Part shown: piece after piece, positions 25,386 through 38,250 of the stretch
Numbering within the stretch: position 1 is the stretch's first letter
Layout: every line of letters starts with the position of its first letter
DNA from: Octopus sinensis
Lineage: Eukaryota
Assembly (NCBI RefSeq): GCF_006345805.1
Contig: NC_042998.1
Coordinates: forward strand, 200,756,001 to 200,820,000
Direction of reading: 5' to 3'
Length of the DNA stretch: 64,000 nt
Program-made: the position numbers and the translations under genes
The notes under the pieces: generated by a model
The model's database searches: none
What the model was told of the DNA's origin: nothing
The model's input: only the letters and a program-made list of their open reading frames with translations

Positions 25386-25566
25386 TTATTTTTATTTTCT
25401 TCTTCTTTCAAATTTGCTTATAGTATATATTGGTAGGCCATTAAACTAAACTCACTAGTTCGTTCTTTTTTTTTTTTGATAGAAATAAAGTTAAATTAAA
25501 ATACATGGGTAGTAATAGTTCTCACATCGACAATGCTCTTCTTCTTATTATAATTATTATTATTAC

Positions 25567-25618
<52 letters not shown>

Positions 25619-25673
25619 GTTATAATTATTATTATTATTATTATTATCGTTGTTGTTGTTGTTGTTGTTGTTG

Positions 25674-25725
<52 letters not shown>

Positions 25726-25727
<2 letters not shown>

Positions 25728-26240
25728 GTTTGACTTTTGCTTTATGTCTGTACAAGTTGGCTCCAAGTCTCACCCAGAGACCTCAAGAGACAACAGGTTG
25801 GAAGTTCTGTGCCATATATTTGGGTTTTTTTTTTTGGTGTTGTACTAGTGAATGTCTAATACATAAAAATTTTAAAAAATATTAAAAATTTTTTTTTTAA
25901 ATAATAAATAAATAAATAATAAAAAAGTTTGTTTTAAACCTTGGGATTACATAGAGAGTATTTTACGTAGGATATGAGCAGTTCCCATGAGCACTATCTT
26001 TTGAATTTCTGCCATTTTGGGGTTTCCTGGTATCTGAGTTAGGTAGCAATCAGTCCCTTTCGCTATCATTCCCAGGGCACCTATGACAACAGGTATTGTT
26101 TTAGTCTTCAGCTTCCACATTTTGCTGATTTCTATTTCAAGATCTTTATATTTGCTCAGTTTTTGGTAGGTCTTGACAGATACGTTTATATCGATTGGGG
26201 CAGTCATATCAATGAGGTGGCATGTTCTTTGTCTGAAGTC
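25726..26240 (-). mobile_element. 5'-truncated R4/Dong-type LINE (restriction-like endonuclease C-terminus and 3' UTR) inside (TAA)n
   Basis: DFRQRTCHLIDMTAPIDINVSVKTYQKLSKYKDLEIEISKMWKLKTKTIPVVIGALG...QKIVLMGTAHILRKIL; (TAT)n arrays on both sides (25546-25725, 26241-26355). Confidence 0.82.
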
Positions 26241-26287
<47 letters not shown>

Positions 26288-26318
26288 GTTATTGTTATTG
26301 TTATTATTATTATTATTA

Positions 26319-26356
<38 letters not shown>

Positions 26357-26799
26357 AGGCAGCAACCAGAAACTAGTTTCAGAGTACTGGTTGCTCGTTT
26401 TGTTGAGTGGAGCTGCTTATCTTCCCTATTTCAAAACTTAAGGACACAGAACGCTTGTGTCATGTATCCAACTAGAAACGGTGTTTCTTGCGGCTGATTA
26501 GCAGTAGCATTCTTCTCTTTCCTGAGACCGCTACATTAAGCTGGAAATAAACCATCACTTCATCGTATAGCTACTGCATAGCACTCACTGAAAGATTTAG
26601 AAATGCAATATTTCTAATTATATATATATATACACACATATATATCTATATGTATATTTTTGTATGTGTGTGTGTATGTATATATATATATATATGTATA
26701 TATATATACATATATATATATGTATATACGTACATACACACACAAACACGCACACACACATACACACACACAAACACACGTACACACATATATATATAT

Positions 26800-26945
26800 A
26801 GGGAGAATTCACAAAAAAAAAACAAGACGAAGAGAGATGGTGTAGACAACAAGCTGATGTATTAGTTTAACGGTCGGGAAGTGAAAAAATGTTTAACGTT
26901 TCGAGCCTATGCTCTTTCACAGAAAGAAACATGGAGAGAAAATAA
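26800..26945 (-). mobile_element. Related short element with a degenerate minimal hammerhead motif
   Basis: Minus strand TTT-CTGTGAAAGAGCATAGGCTC-GAAACGTT-AAAC: GAGC/GCTC stem, ACGT palindrome, TTT/AAA stem I. Confidence 0.5.
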
Positions 26946-27034
26946 ATAATGTGTAGGATGTATATATAAGAGTGTATATCTAAATGGGGACGGTAAACGC
27001 AAACCACGAAAAAAATATTCTTAATTATAAAAAT

Positions 27035-27206
27035 AGAATAAAAAGCATTCTAAACGCTCTGAAATCATAAGAACACCTGAGGTTTTCTAGCAAGTTCAAC
27101 AGACCATTGATTACAATCCCAGAAAATATCCACGTGGTCAATTGCAAAATATGTCTATGTCTCAGAAGGAACAGTCAGAAATTGTGTCCACGATGATATC
27201 AGATAT
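27035..27206. repeat. 172-bp segment duplicated at 32295-32466
   Basis: 3 mismatches in 172 bp; both copies end in (TA)n. Confidence 0.95.
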
Positions 27207-27230
27207 AATATATATATATATATATATATA

Positions 27231-27553
27231 AAGACTCCGCCGGTTACGACGACGAGGGTCCCAGCTGATACGATCAACGGAACAGCTTGCTCGTGAAATT
27301 AACGTGCAAATGGCTGAGCATTCCACAGACACGTGTACCCTTAACGTAGTTCTCGGGGATAATCAGCGTGACACAGAGAGTGACAAGGCTGACCCTTTGA
27401 AATACAAGTACAACTCATTTTTGCCAGCTGAGTGGACTGGAGCAACGTGAAATAAAGTGTCTTGCTCAAGGACACAACGCGTCGCCGGGAATCGAACTCA
27501 CAACCTTACGATCATGAGCCGAATGCCCTAACCACCAAGCCACGCGCCCTCAC
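27231..27553 (-). mobile_element. tRNA-derived CORE-like SINE, family D
   Basis: Head GTGAGGGCGCGTGGCTTGGTGGTTAGGG, GAGTTCGATTCC B box, CORE-like GTGTCCTTGAGCAAGACACTT...CCACTCAGCTGGCAAAAATG. Confidence 0.85.
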
Positions 27554-27898
27554 TATATATATATATAAGCAATATAGGATGAAGTCCCTTACTCTACAGC
27601 AAAGGAATTCATCAGGAGGCGTGGGCAGTATATTTTTAAAAAAACCGTTACGGTTGCAATATACATCATATAGATTACATTATATGACTTTGATTGCGCA
27701 AGGGAACCACTGGTAATAAATTATTTAAATCTTTTGCCCTCATAATTTACATACACCCATACACATATACATAGTTTCGTGCCTTAGCCCTTGCGAAAAC
27801 TTGATAAAACACGAAACAGTCGACCCTTGAATTAGTCTCTTATGTCTGCCAAATATCAACAATATGTGCGTGTGTGCGTGCTCGCATGTCTGTGTGTG

Positions 27899-28670
27899 TG
27901 TAAGGTGCGGTAAACTGTCGTCTAAATTACGCAAAAATGGAAATAACACTGAAATCTCTCTTTAAAAGTTATATTTACTAAAATTACATAAAAATGTCTT
28001 GAAATGCTAAAGAGTAAATTTATTCAACCACGGCCACCTCTTCTGGGCGGTCTCCTTATCTTAGTCAGTGAATGCTAATATAATCGATGGCTTCAGCTCA
28101 TCATTGGTGTTACAATTGGTTTCGTATGTCTCTCGCTCATCTGTGCTCCTCAGATAATCATCAAGGGGGTTGCAGACTGAGGAGCTAGGTGGACAGATTT
28201 TAGATGTGACAGCCATTACTGGGTTTCCCTGCTTGTGTGTCATGGTGCAGAGTCATGTTACCAGACTTAGGGTCTTCCAGCAGCCAACGTCTTGAACAAG
28301 GGCAGCACCACCACCTCTATGTACATGATACAAGCCTCTGTATTGATAAGAGGCCGTGTGTGAAGATGAATGGAGGTACAACATGGTCAGCAGTAGCGAT
28401 CACTCCAAACACCTTGATGTTGACCGGATGTTTAATTTTTATCACTCTCAGCGCAATTTTCCCCCTTCCGGCACGAATGCCAAGGATTACTGCATGCTGG
28501 TTCCAGATTTCTGGCAAAATGAATTGCGTTATGATGCTGTTTTTCTCACAGTTCGTGCCCCACTGATCCTCGGATACTGTGTAGTGAACAGAATATAAAA
28601 AACAAAAACCAACGCACATATGCGACATTCATAATATAAATTGGTGACAATTCACCCATCGCAACCTGTA
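27899..28670 (-). mobile_element. Internally deleted Tc1/mariner element (DD37D/maT-like) retaining both TIRs
   Basis: Degenerate TIRs TGTAAGGTGCGGTAAACTGTC and TACAGGTTGCGATGGGTGAATTGTC; peptides TQFILPEIW..HAVILGIRAG joined to KIKHPVNIKVFGV..VPPFIF, then HDSAPCHTSRETQ and CNPLDDY. Confidence 0.8.
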
Positions 28671-29535
28671 TACATATGCGTTTGTGTGTGTGCGCGCGTG
28701 TATATATATTGTACTCAAATATGTACATGCTCACATGGAATGCAATATCAATTACTAATTTGCTTAGTATATCCAATCTAAAATATTGCATCTTGCCTAT
28801 AAGTCATTACTTTCGTAACGCATATCTAAAAAGGTAATCCAAATCGACAAGATACGTTGACTCAATTTATGAATTAATGCAAATATTAATCAGATGTCAA
28901 GACAAGGTTGAGAATTGAAAGAACGTGGAGAGAAATATTAACTACTGAACAGAGAGTTAGAGAGAAGAAACGGAGGGAAGGAAAGAAAACGAATAAAAGA
29001 AATAGTAGCATGGGTGAGAATCGAAATTCCTGCATCGTATGTATGCAGTTTAGGTCCCTTCCTATGGTCACTTGAGCAATTGTAGGTAACCTTATAACCA
29101 CAAAACCGTAGTCAACGTGATTTTTATAAGTAAAATAAGTAGACGGCCGTAACCAGTAATGAGAATGTTCTGTTTGCTATGTCACTCTACATCCGCTTGA
29201 AAATTACATCAATGATGTGTTCGTGATTGTCTGTATATATGCGTGTGTTTGTGCTTGTGTATGTGTGTGTATGTGTCTGTTTGTGTGTCATCTGCAGTCA
29301 CGTCTCAAACTAATCGAGCAGCCGTTAAAATTTTGTATCTTCTCCGAAGGCGGTCTTTATACTTTGCAGCTAATCATAAATCATCGATGAATTGAACTAA
29401 CTTTATTCACAATCATTTAAAATTAATAATATAATATTATAAACGTTAAATGATTAAACGAACTGCATCACTTTCGTTACCTCTATTCTGGCCAGAGGCT
29501 GCTAAAATATAAATGCATTTTCCATGATGACTTCA

Positions 29536-29570
29536 GGTGCCCCAGCATGGCCACAGCCTTTGGGCTGAGG
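29536..29570 (+). mobile_element. Isolated retroposon 3' tail (SINE A / LINE tail variant)
   Basis: GGTGCCCCAGCATGGCCACAGCCTTTGGGCTGA with hairpin CAGCC/GGCTG. Confidence 0.55.
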
Positions 29571-30691
29571 CACATAAAACAATATGTACGAGATTTAAAC
29601 TACTTCATTCTTATCAAGAGTGATTTAATTCATTTCTTTATGACACACAAGATCCATTTCATTCACCTATTTACATCAAACCATTTTTCTATACAATTTT
29701 CCTCTCAGCAATATCTAAAGATAACTTAAATGTGAGGGTATATATATATTTGCAATTTAATTTTTAATGGAATACATTCTGATTACTTGAAACGTTTAAG
29801 TACAATCCGTGTATTCCTTATTATGATGACTAATGCATTTATATATCTGTTTGTTAAATTTTCATTTCTCTTTCTAAAATGCAAGAACTAGAGTTTCACA
29901 ACTATCTACCAATACCTAAGTCGTTATAAACCTCGAGAAACGTATAAGGTTTTGAATGCTTAAGAACAGAATTACTTTGACTGAAATTAATGAAATGCAT
30001 AAAAAAATTATTATAATTCAGAATGTATCGATGTATTACTCAGGTATCTTATTTGTCTCATCTAGAAAGAAAAAACTGTCTTGTACTAAAAAAATTGACC
30101 TTTATAATATCTCTCTATATATATACATACATCGTATTAACTTGTACATCAATTTATATTGCTAAAGAACTTGAAGTTATAAATTTGAAGCCGTCTTACA
30201 CAAGCTCCCCCCCCACACACACACACACATATATGTAGCTCTCCTTTTCTCTCTCTCATGATGGCAAAAGCCTTCTCATCCTTTGAAAATTGATATTAGC
30301 TGCAGATATCATGAGAAATGGTTCAAACTTCGCAGATTGCACACAAAACTTAAATTAGAGCTTGAGTCTTTGAACTGCTGCTTGCAACAGATTTCCGATT
30401 CATTTCGAAAGATAAATTCAGCAAGAAAAGAACGAGTTCTTTAATTATGAAATGCAGTGGCAAATTTGGTGTGTCATTCACCTCTGACTAAAACCGAATT
30501 ATTGCATTAACCTATTCTAAAATGTGTCTCACCTGGAGTAAATATACGTGGAACAGAGCTGAAAAGTTTAAACTGTTCTGAATATCTTGGAGCTGCAATC
30601 TTCAAATAATTGTGAAATTATTCACTGGCGGATGTGATAGAAAGTGCTGCTGAGAGAGAACTACAACACAGAGTAAGAACAATCCTAGTTG

Positions 30692-30731
<40 letters not shown>

Positions 30732-30754
30732 TATATAATATATATATATATATA

Positions 30755-30793
<39 letters not shown>

Positions 30794-30837
30794 CAAACAT
30801 TAAGTTTATAATGCAGCTTTCCTTCCGGGTCTTATCT

Positions 30838-30946
30838 GAATACCATATTTCTGGATAAGGTGCAATTTGAAGTGTCTTTACAATTGGAAATGAAAAGCGT
30901 AAATTATCGAGACAGAATTAGTCAGGTGTGCGACTCCATTGTATAT
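30838..30946. repeat. About 110-bp segment duplicated at 31604-31714
   Basis: GAATACCATATTTCTGGA...GCGACTCCATTGTATAT in both, moderately diverged. Confidence 0.85.
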
Positions 30947-31371
30947 TTTCCTAAGCTCAGCAAAATCCTACTGCAAGACAACGTCCTGACTATTTATACG
31001 TAATGTTATACGCTTGCAAATGCGGCGTAGGGAAATTTTGGCGTAAATCGTAGGATCTACAATGATGCGCTGAATTTAAACGTAATGTACTGAATAGTCA
31101 ACACATATACTTGGCAGCATCTCGCTGGATCGTTGTGAAGTAATTTGAGATAACACTGGGATTAATGCATTTCCGTAATTGCGAATGTCTAGAGCAGATG
31201 CTCAAAGAGAAACTCGTAAATTATGCAAAATGAAACCAATTTTGACTGAACTTCATTGTGTAGTCAGTGACTAATAATTCTATGACAAAACAGCACTACT
31301 CTGCGGTAGCACAATGCATACATTAACACACGCACACACACACACATATATATATGGTCTTTAAAAATGTG

Positions 31372-31569
31372 ACCTCGTGTGTACCGTTTGCGATTTTTTT
31401 CCCTCTGTCTTCCCTTCTCTGGATCTTTCCTTCTCCTATGTTTCCGACGAAGAGCTCCGCTCGAAACAGTAAACCCTCCTTCTTTCCTTCTTTCCTGAGC
31501 GTCCAATAATACTATATTTGTTCCACGTCCTCGTGTTGTTGTGTTATTTTTGTGCTTTCTTGTTTGGAT

Positions 31570-31575
<6 letters not shown>
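31372..31575 (+). mobile_element. Short element with a hammerhead-like motif, third copy
   Basis: GTTT-CCGACGA-A-GAGC-TCC-GCTC-GAAACAGT-AAAC at 31440-31474; followed by (TA)n. Confidence 0.75.
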
Positions 31576-31603
<28 letters not shown>

Positions 31604-31604
<1 letters not shown>

Positions 31605-31714
31605 AATACCATATTTCTGGAGAAATTGCATTTTGAAGTGACTTTCCAATTGGAAATAAAAAGTGTAAATTATCGACATATAGAATTAGTGAGGTATGCG
31701 ACTCCATTGTATAT
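31604..31714. repeat. Second copy of 30838-30946
   Basis: Direct alignment. Confidence 0.85.
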
Positions 31715-31728
31715 ACGTAAATAAGGTA

Positions 31729-31803
<75 letters not shown>

Positions 31804-32294
31804 TACGCTGTGTTCTTTATTTCTTTATTTCTGTGTTTTTATTTTCGCTACCCTCTTCCTGTCATTTGCTTTCCCTCGATTATGCGTTTTGTAAATCCAT
31901 TTATTTCTTAATTCAACTAAATCTTTATTTACGTACTCATCAAATTTACAGCCGGAATATACCGGACAAGTATGTAAATATGTTTATACTTATGTGAGCG
32001 CTTATATAGATACACATATATATAATTAATTATGGTTATGCATATATACAGGGTGTGTATGGTATTTGACGACATACCTTTCTGGGGCATTGCTGCATGC
32101 TTTGCTAAATCTGTATAATTTTTGTTTCAGACTCTCAGCTTACTGAAGAAATAAAGACGCATGATGTTATTGTTCTTATAAAGGATGAGCATAGCGATTT
32201 AGAAATATTTCGACTTTTAAAGTCACCAGATCTTTCTTCTACAAAGTTTGTAAGTAGCTAGAGCCTAAGGATGGAAATATATCACCAGTATCAA

Positions 32295-32466
32295 AGAATA
32301 AAAAGCATTCTAAACGCTCTGAAATCATCAGAACACCTGAGGTTTTCTAGAAAGTTCAACAGACCATTGATTACAATCCCAGAAAATATCCACGTGGTCA
32401 ATTGCAAAATATCTCTATGTCTCAGAAGGAACAGTCAGAAATTGTGTCCACGATGATATCAGATAT
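32295..32466. repeat. Second copy of 27035-27206
   Basis: Direct alignment. Confidence 0.95.
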
Positions 32467-32495
32467 ATAATATATATATATATATATATAATATA

Positions 32496-32533
<38 letters not shown>

Positions 32534-32592
32534 TGTATGTATGTAGGTAATGTATGTATCTATGTATGTATATAAGAATAAAGGAATACAAA

Positions 32593-32745
32593 CAGTGCTT
32601 GAATGGAAGGCGTGTAGCATGTGATCGTCGAATTGAACATGATAGAGAAAGATGAGCAGAGAACCTGTATCAAATTCTGCCAAAAGTTTACCGATACATG
32701 CCAAAAGCTCGACGCAAGCTTTTCAAAAAGTTTTCATCGTTCTAA
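32593..32745 (+). pseudogene. mariner transposase 5' fragment
   Basis: MIEKDEQRTCIKFCQKL matches the mariner N-terminal EQR.CIKFC motif. Confidence 0.7.
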
Positions 32746-32844
32746 ACGCAATGAAGGAAATTGATGCAAATGAAACCCGAGTATCATTTTAGGTAGGTGA
32801 AAGCAGTCTTGGCACAAACATGGCAGACAAGTGTCTGATACCCA

Positions 32845-33334
32845 AGCCTTCAACGAACTGAACCGTAACTAATCTGCACATCCTCTGATAACTCACGGAT
32901 GATAATTCAGCGATTGTTCTTCACAGCTGCACGAATATCTGCGATGTTTATCTCATTTCTGTTGGTTGCAAGTCTCTCAGGAGGTTCGTCAATATCAACA
33001 TTTTATCGGCCATCTTGGAAACTTCTGAACCACTCGTACACTTGTATACAGCTCATACACTCCTCTTGATATATTTTCTGGAACACAACTTTGCGCATGT
33101 TTCTGAGCAGATATCGTCGTAACAACTTTCTCATGGTGAATGCGACGATCACATGCTGCAAACCTTCCCTCTGAGCACTATTGTAAGCGACAGAAGTAAG
33201 CTACAGCTTCAAAACGTGATGCACATGCCAGGCACAGCAGAGTTCAAGGTCAATCGTTGCCAAGCTGCTTCACCCTTCGTGCTTTAGGTTCGTTTCTATG
33301 CCAACAGACATATATTTACTGATCAGGCCTAGTA
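32845..33334 (-). mobile_element. mariner 5' end: TIR plus transposase N-terminal fragment
   Basis: Terminus TACTAGGCCTGATCAGTAAATAT; peptide YQEECMSCIQVYEWFRSFQDGR...IIIRELSEDVQISYGSV. Confidence 0.75.
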
Positions 33335-33339
33335 TATAC

Positions 33340-33370
<31 letters not shown>

Positions 33371-33428
33371 TGTATGTATGTATATATGTATGTATGTATG
33401 TATGCATGCATGTATGTATGTATGTAAG

Positions 33429-33490
<62 letters not shown>
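33340..33490. repeat. (TATG)n plus (TA)n microsatellite
   Basis: Directly visible. Confidence 0.95.
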
Positions 33491-34334
33491 ATAGGTTATG
33501 AGACGTACTGGTGTCAGTAAGACACAAAGCTGTCAGGTAATGCTGAGTAAGAGCCATGAACCACTATAGTCAAGCTACAGGTTCGGTGATTATGCGAATG
33601 AGGGGTCCAACATGTGTGTGTGTGTATATACATACATACACACACACACACACACACGTATATATATATAGTGAGAGAGAGAGAGGTAGATAGATAGATG
33701 TGTATATTTATATATATATATATACTGATGTATCGACTGTAGCGAAGGTAAAGTATTTGCGAGTAAATGAACGTGGCAGTGACCTTGTATGTCATGGAAA
33801 CTTTTGTATATATAATGAATTGATATCTGTCTCTGTCCTGCTAACAATATCTTAACCTCATAGTCCATTAACAGGCACTGATAAACTGTTCTGTACCTTC
33901 ATGAATTTTTGATAACAAATTGAAATCAACTTACTCGACTATATTGCTCGAGAAACTATTGATATGTTTAAAATTTCATCAACATCGTCCTGGAAATCTT
34001 GTTTATTTCTTTCCCAAATATATTCCATTATCTTTGCTGTTCTTTGTTTTTTGTACTTCAGTGTAACGAAAAGAAAAGTAAGGTCAAAATATGACTGAAA
34101 TAACTAATGTCTATTTCCTTCCTTAACATATTCTGAAATGCAAGCTACGTTAATTTTTTTTCTTCTTTAAAACAACCGGAATGACTAGGTTACTGAACTT
34201 TTCATTCGAATGCATACAAAATAATAAAAGGTCGTCTTATGCAATCAGCAAAATGTGAAAAAAAAAACCAACTAACAAAGCATTACAGGAAATAACGAAT
34301 TACTATCTTCAGCCACGATAGGTAAAACTAGACA

Positions 34335-34358
34335 GTAGTAGCAGCAGCAGCGGCATTT

Positions 34359-34394
<36 letters not shown>

Positions 34395-34404
34395 TTAGTA
34401 GTGT

Positions 34405-34436
<32 letters not shown>

Positions 34437-34456
34437 ATTGTTGTTATTGCTGTTAC

Positions 34457-34498
<42 letters not shown>

Positions 34499-34562
34499 GT
34501 TAAAAATAATAATACTGTTAAAACTACTACTACTACTACTACTACTACTATACTACTACTAC

Positions 34563-34607
<45 letters not shown>
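34335..34607. repeat. Compound (AGT)n-(ATA)n-(ACT)n-(AAT)n array
   Basis: Directly visible. Confidence 0.9.
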
Positions 34608-34608
<1 letters not shown>

Positions 34609-35327
34609 CGGCCAGGCTTAAAACGAACTTTTATGATGCTTTTTAATGGACGATAAAAGCCAATAAAATGTTGAAGGTATTTACACGAAAGAAAATGTCA
34701 AGATATTTCATTAAAGCTTTAGTATTTCTTTAAAAAAAGGCATAAACCAAACTGCAGTTTTTCACATGCAAAATAATGTCGATATTAATAATATTATTAA
34801 TACTCACACTTAAATAATATAAAAAAAAACAATAATCAGCAAGAAAAAATATAGAAGGAGAAACATAGGAGAAAGAATAAGATGAAGAAAACTGGTCTGG
34901 GGTTGTATACGAGATGCTTTTATATATATTCGAGATGCAGCATTTGCCATGAAATAAATGAGTGTCTAGGTTTGCTTCTGAGATTTTGTTTTTTCATTAA
35001 TCGTTACATTTGTAAGACATTTTTGCTTGAAAATAAAAACACGCAAAGACAAATGGAAATTGAAAATAAAACAAAACGAGTTATTTTTGAAATAGGTTTT
35101 AAAAACTGAAAAGAAACAGAATTTATCCATTAAAAGCATGATTCCATGTCCTTGGAAAAAAGAACACGAGAATATTCTTATCAATAATATATTGATTCCG
35201 TTGATCATAATGGTATGAAGTTCACTTCAATATTTTGAAACTGTTTTGCGTTTTCATGGCGGTTTTACGATTGTAACATTATAGACACACATACTTACAC
35301 ACACATACTTACACACACATACACACA

Positions 35328-35365
<38 letters not shown>

Positions 35366-36329
35366 CACACACACAAACCACATACAGATAAACAAAATGC
35401 CTACGTGTCGTCTCATATCAACTTTCCAGCATAGAATACGTATGTATATATAACACACATACATACATAAATACATGCATGTACACACACACATGTACAT
35501 ATCTTCTCATGTGTATGTGTTTGTATGTATATATGCATTAGAGTGTGCTGTGTAAAGTCGATATGTGCTCTAGATGTTTTCTTTGACGTCTCATCAATAA
35601 CAACTTGTTGATAATGTAAATATTTATTAGCATGTTCAGAGGAATGATATAAGCAGTGAAATACGATTCGTTTGAAGTAGTTAAAATAGATTGATACGAT
35701 ATCCAATAGTAACTATAAAGAAGCAATTATATTGTTGTTGATTCATTCTAACCATAAAAATGTTTAAACAAATGTGTGTCTAAAAACGGATTCGTTGTTG
35801 ATATTTACATCCTGATGCCAGGATTCAGGCTAACGTGTCACCGTAGAATGGGCCAGATGATTGGTGGACTGTACTGTTTTCGTAAAAGGTTGGTGTTTAT
35901 AAACCATTATGTGCAGGGTAAATTTTGTATATGTGCTCTTCGGAGTGTAGCAGCAGCAGCAGCAAAAGCAATTTATTGAGAAATGGGCAGAATTTTCACA
36001 AAGATATACGCTCCTCGTTTAAGGCTCTTTCCGAACTGAAGTGTATGCAAGCATCAATTTACCTATACATGCTTGCATTTTCATTTATTTCATCTCCACA
36101 AAAGGCCTTGTCAATCAACTCGAGAAGTTATCCAATAAGGTATGAACAGTTCGCTTACATTTTCTGAGCAATTGCATTCAGAACTCTTCCGAAAAATATC
36201 TGCAAGAAAGTAAATCTACTTCAATACAAGATTGGCCAAATTGATGCGTAGAGTTAGAATAAATATATTTTTCATGATAATCTAAGTCATAAGTAGCACT
36301 CAACTCATTATATTACCTTCAAGTTTTGA

Positions 36330-36520
36330 CACAGCAATTTCGGGGGAGCTTGTAAGTCGATTATATCGACTCCCTGTGTTCAACTGGTATTTATTATATG
36401 GGCCCCGAAAGGATGAAAGACAAAGTCGAAACCTTCGGCATTTGGACTCAGAACATAGGGAGAGAAGAAATGCCGCTAAGCATTTTTCCGCGTTCTAACC
36501 ATTCTGCCACCTCGCCGCCA
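36330..36520 (-). mobile_element. SINE family B, diverged
   Basis: GTCGATTATATCGAC, CCCCGAAAGGATGAAAG.CAAAGTCGA and head TGGCGGCGAGGTGGCAGAA on the minus strand. Confidence 0.75.
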
Positions 36521-38079
36521 TATATTATTCATTATATCGGCGTGGTGAAAATGTACTGACGTCGAACTAATGATTTATTGATTATCCCGTTTAAATATGT
36601 ATTCTTTGGCAACTACTTACACTGAAAACAATCAGTTATAAACATTCTGCATAAATTCCAACAAAAGTGATTGATTTCACAGCGACATAAATTCTCAACA
36701 TAATGTATATATGTTCTTGAAAGACGAAGAAGCGCCCAAACATTCAGCAGCTCTATCAATACCGATAGTAGTGAATGACTTACTTCAAGTCACTAGTACA
36801 CCAGCTTGCAATAGCAATCATTTCCCCCTCAAAACATGCACTGCTGTCTGGTAAATTGACGTAATAAACAATGAATATATTTTGTGATGTTCCATGAATT
36901 AAGTATTACCATTGAAATGCCTTTCAATTAAATTCAAATTTTCTTCTAATATACAACATACCATTAACATATGTATATTTGGGTGTTTGTATGACTGTAT
37001 AGACTTCATCTACATACAATGCATTTATCTTTCTGCTTATTTTCGTATCTGATTCTCAGAAGGCTACGCGGCAGATATAAAAATTAAGAATAGTTTCGGA
37101 TCTAGTGCAAAAACTTTGACATGCGAGTGAATTAATTACAACTATTAATTCTCTTAAATTCTCTGTAAAGATTCCAACAGTTGATTTACGTTTATTGTGA
37201 ATATTCACCGGCGGATGGGAAGAAATGAGGAGCTGTATGTTGGAGGTTAGCGCAATTGGCCTGTAAAACTAGAATGGACAGAGAGAACCAGTAGGGACTT
37301 CGTCAGTGTTTAGAAACTGGTATGGTCGCACTATCGCTTCAAGAATTCAGTATTTCTTAGAACTTGCTAAAGAATAAAGCACATATGTTCCACGGAGAAG
37401 TTATATTTTTTTCTGTATAAGATACAGAACTATTTCTATTGTGTGTATGTGGTACTTATGCGAGATTAAACGGAATATACAACTTGTATATATTTCTTGT
37501 AACGTAATTTGTTATGTACAATAATTAGGATAACCAGACAGTAAAAACAGGTACAAAACAATGTAACGAAGTAACAATTCTCTTCCCGAAGTAACATTCA
37601 ATATTCTCTGTGATCTAACCAACTGACGCCTTCCGACTCAACTGCGAACTAACACGAACTTCCCTGGACTCCGAGCTCTGCACTCATTCGGGTCGTAACT
37701 CTCATTACAATAGTTTTCTAAACTGCTCGAAGTTTCTGATTGTGTAAGTGTACAGGAAATGAGAGCGTAACATACAAGCACGTGCCTTTGATATATATAT
37801 TGATTACTATTGGAAATTTTAATACTTTGTGAATCATTATGCACTGAATACGCACACGCATCATACATTGAACACATATACGAATACACGCATATAAGGA
37901 TACGGCTGTTTGTAGATGCAAGAAAAGGCCATATTTAGAAGATAACATTATCAAAATTAAACTTAACTCCTTAAAACACGTAATTTTAAATGCCTAAACT
38001 GTAGGCTATTAAACATATTTTTTATTACTTAAGTAACATGAAATGCAGCGACCTGCCTTGTATTATACATCGGACAAAT

Positions 38080-38250
38080 TGCGTAGCGCCATTTCGTCCG
38101 TTTTTACGTTGTGAGGCCATATTCGATCGTGTCCGACTTTGCTGTTCATACTTCCATGGTCGACAAAACAAGTATCTACTGAGCACTGGGATTGGTGTAA
38201 TCGACAAACCACTTACCCGAAATCGCTGGTCTTGTGCCGAAATTTGAAAC
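38080..38250 (+). mobile_element. SINE family B, diverged and 5'-degraded
   Basis: CATTTCGTCCG.TTTTACGTTG...CGACTTTGC...GAGCACTGGG...GTAATCGAC...CTTGTGCC.AAATTTGAAAC. Confidence 0.7.

Noticed and set aside
37180-37770. Moderately GC-rich stretch with short open frames and a GTAAGT
   Set aside because: No consistent acceptor-frame-donor set and no recognisable protein motif.
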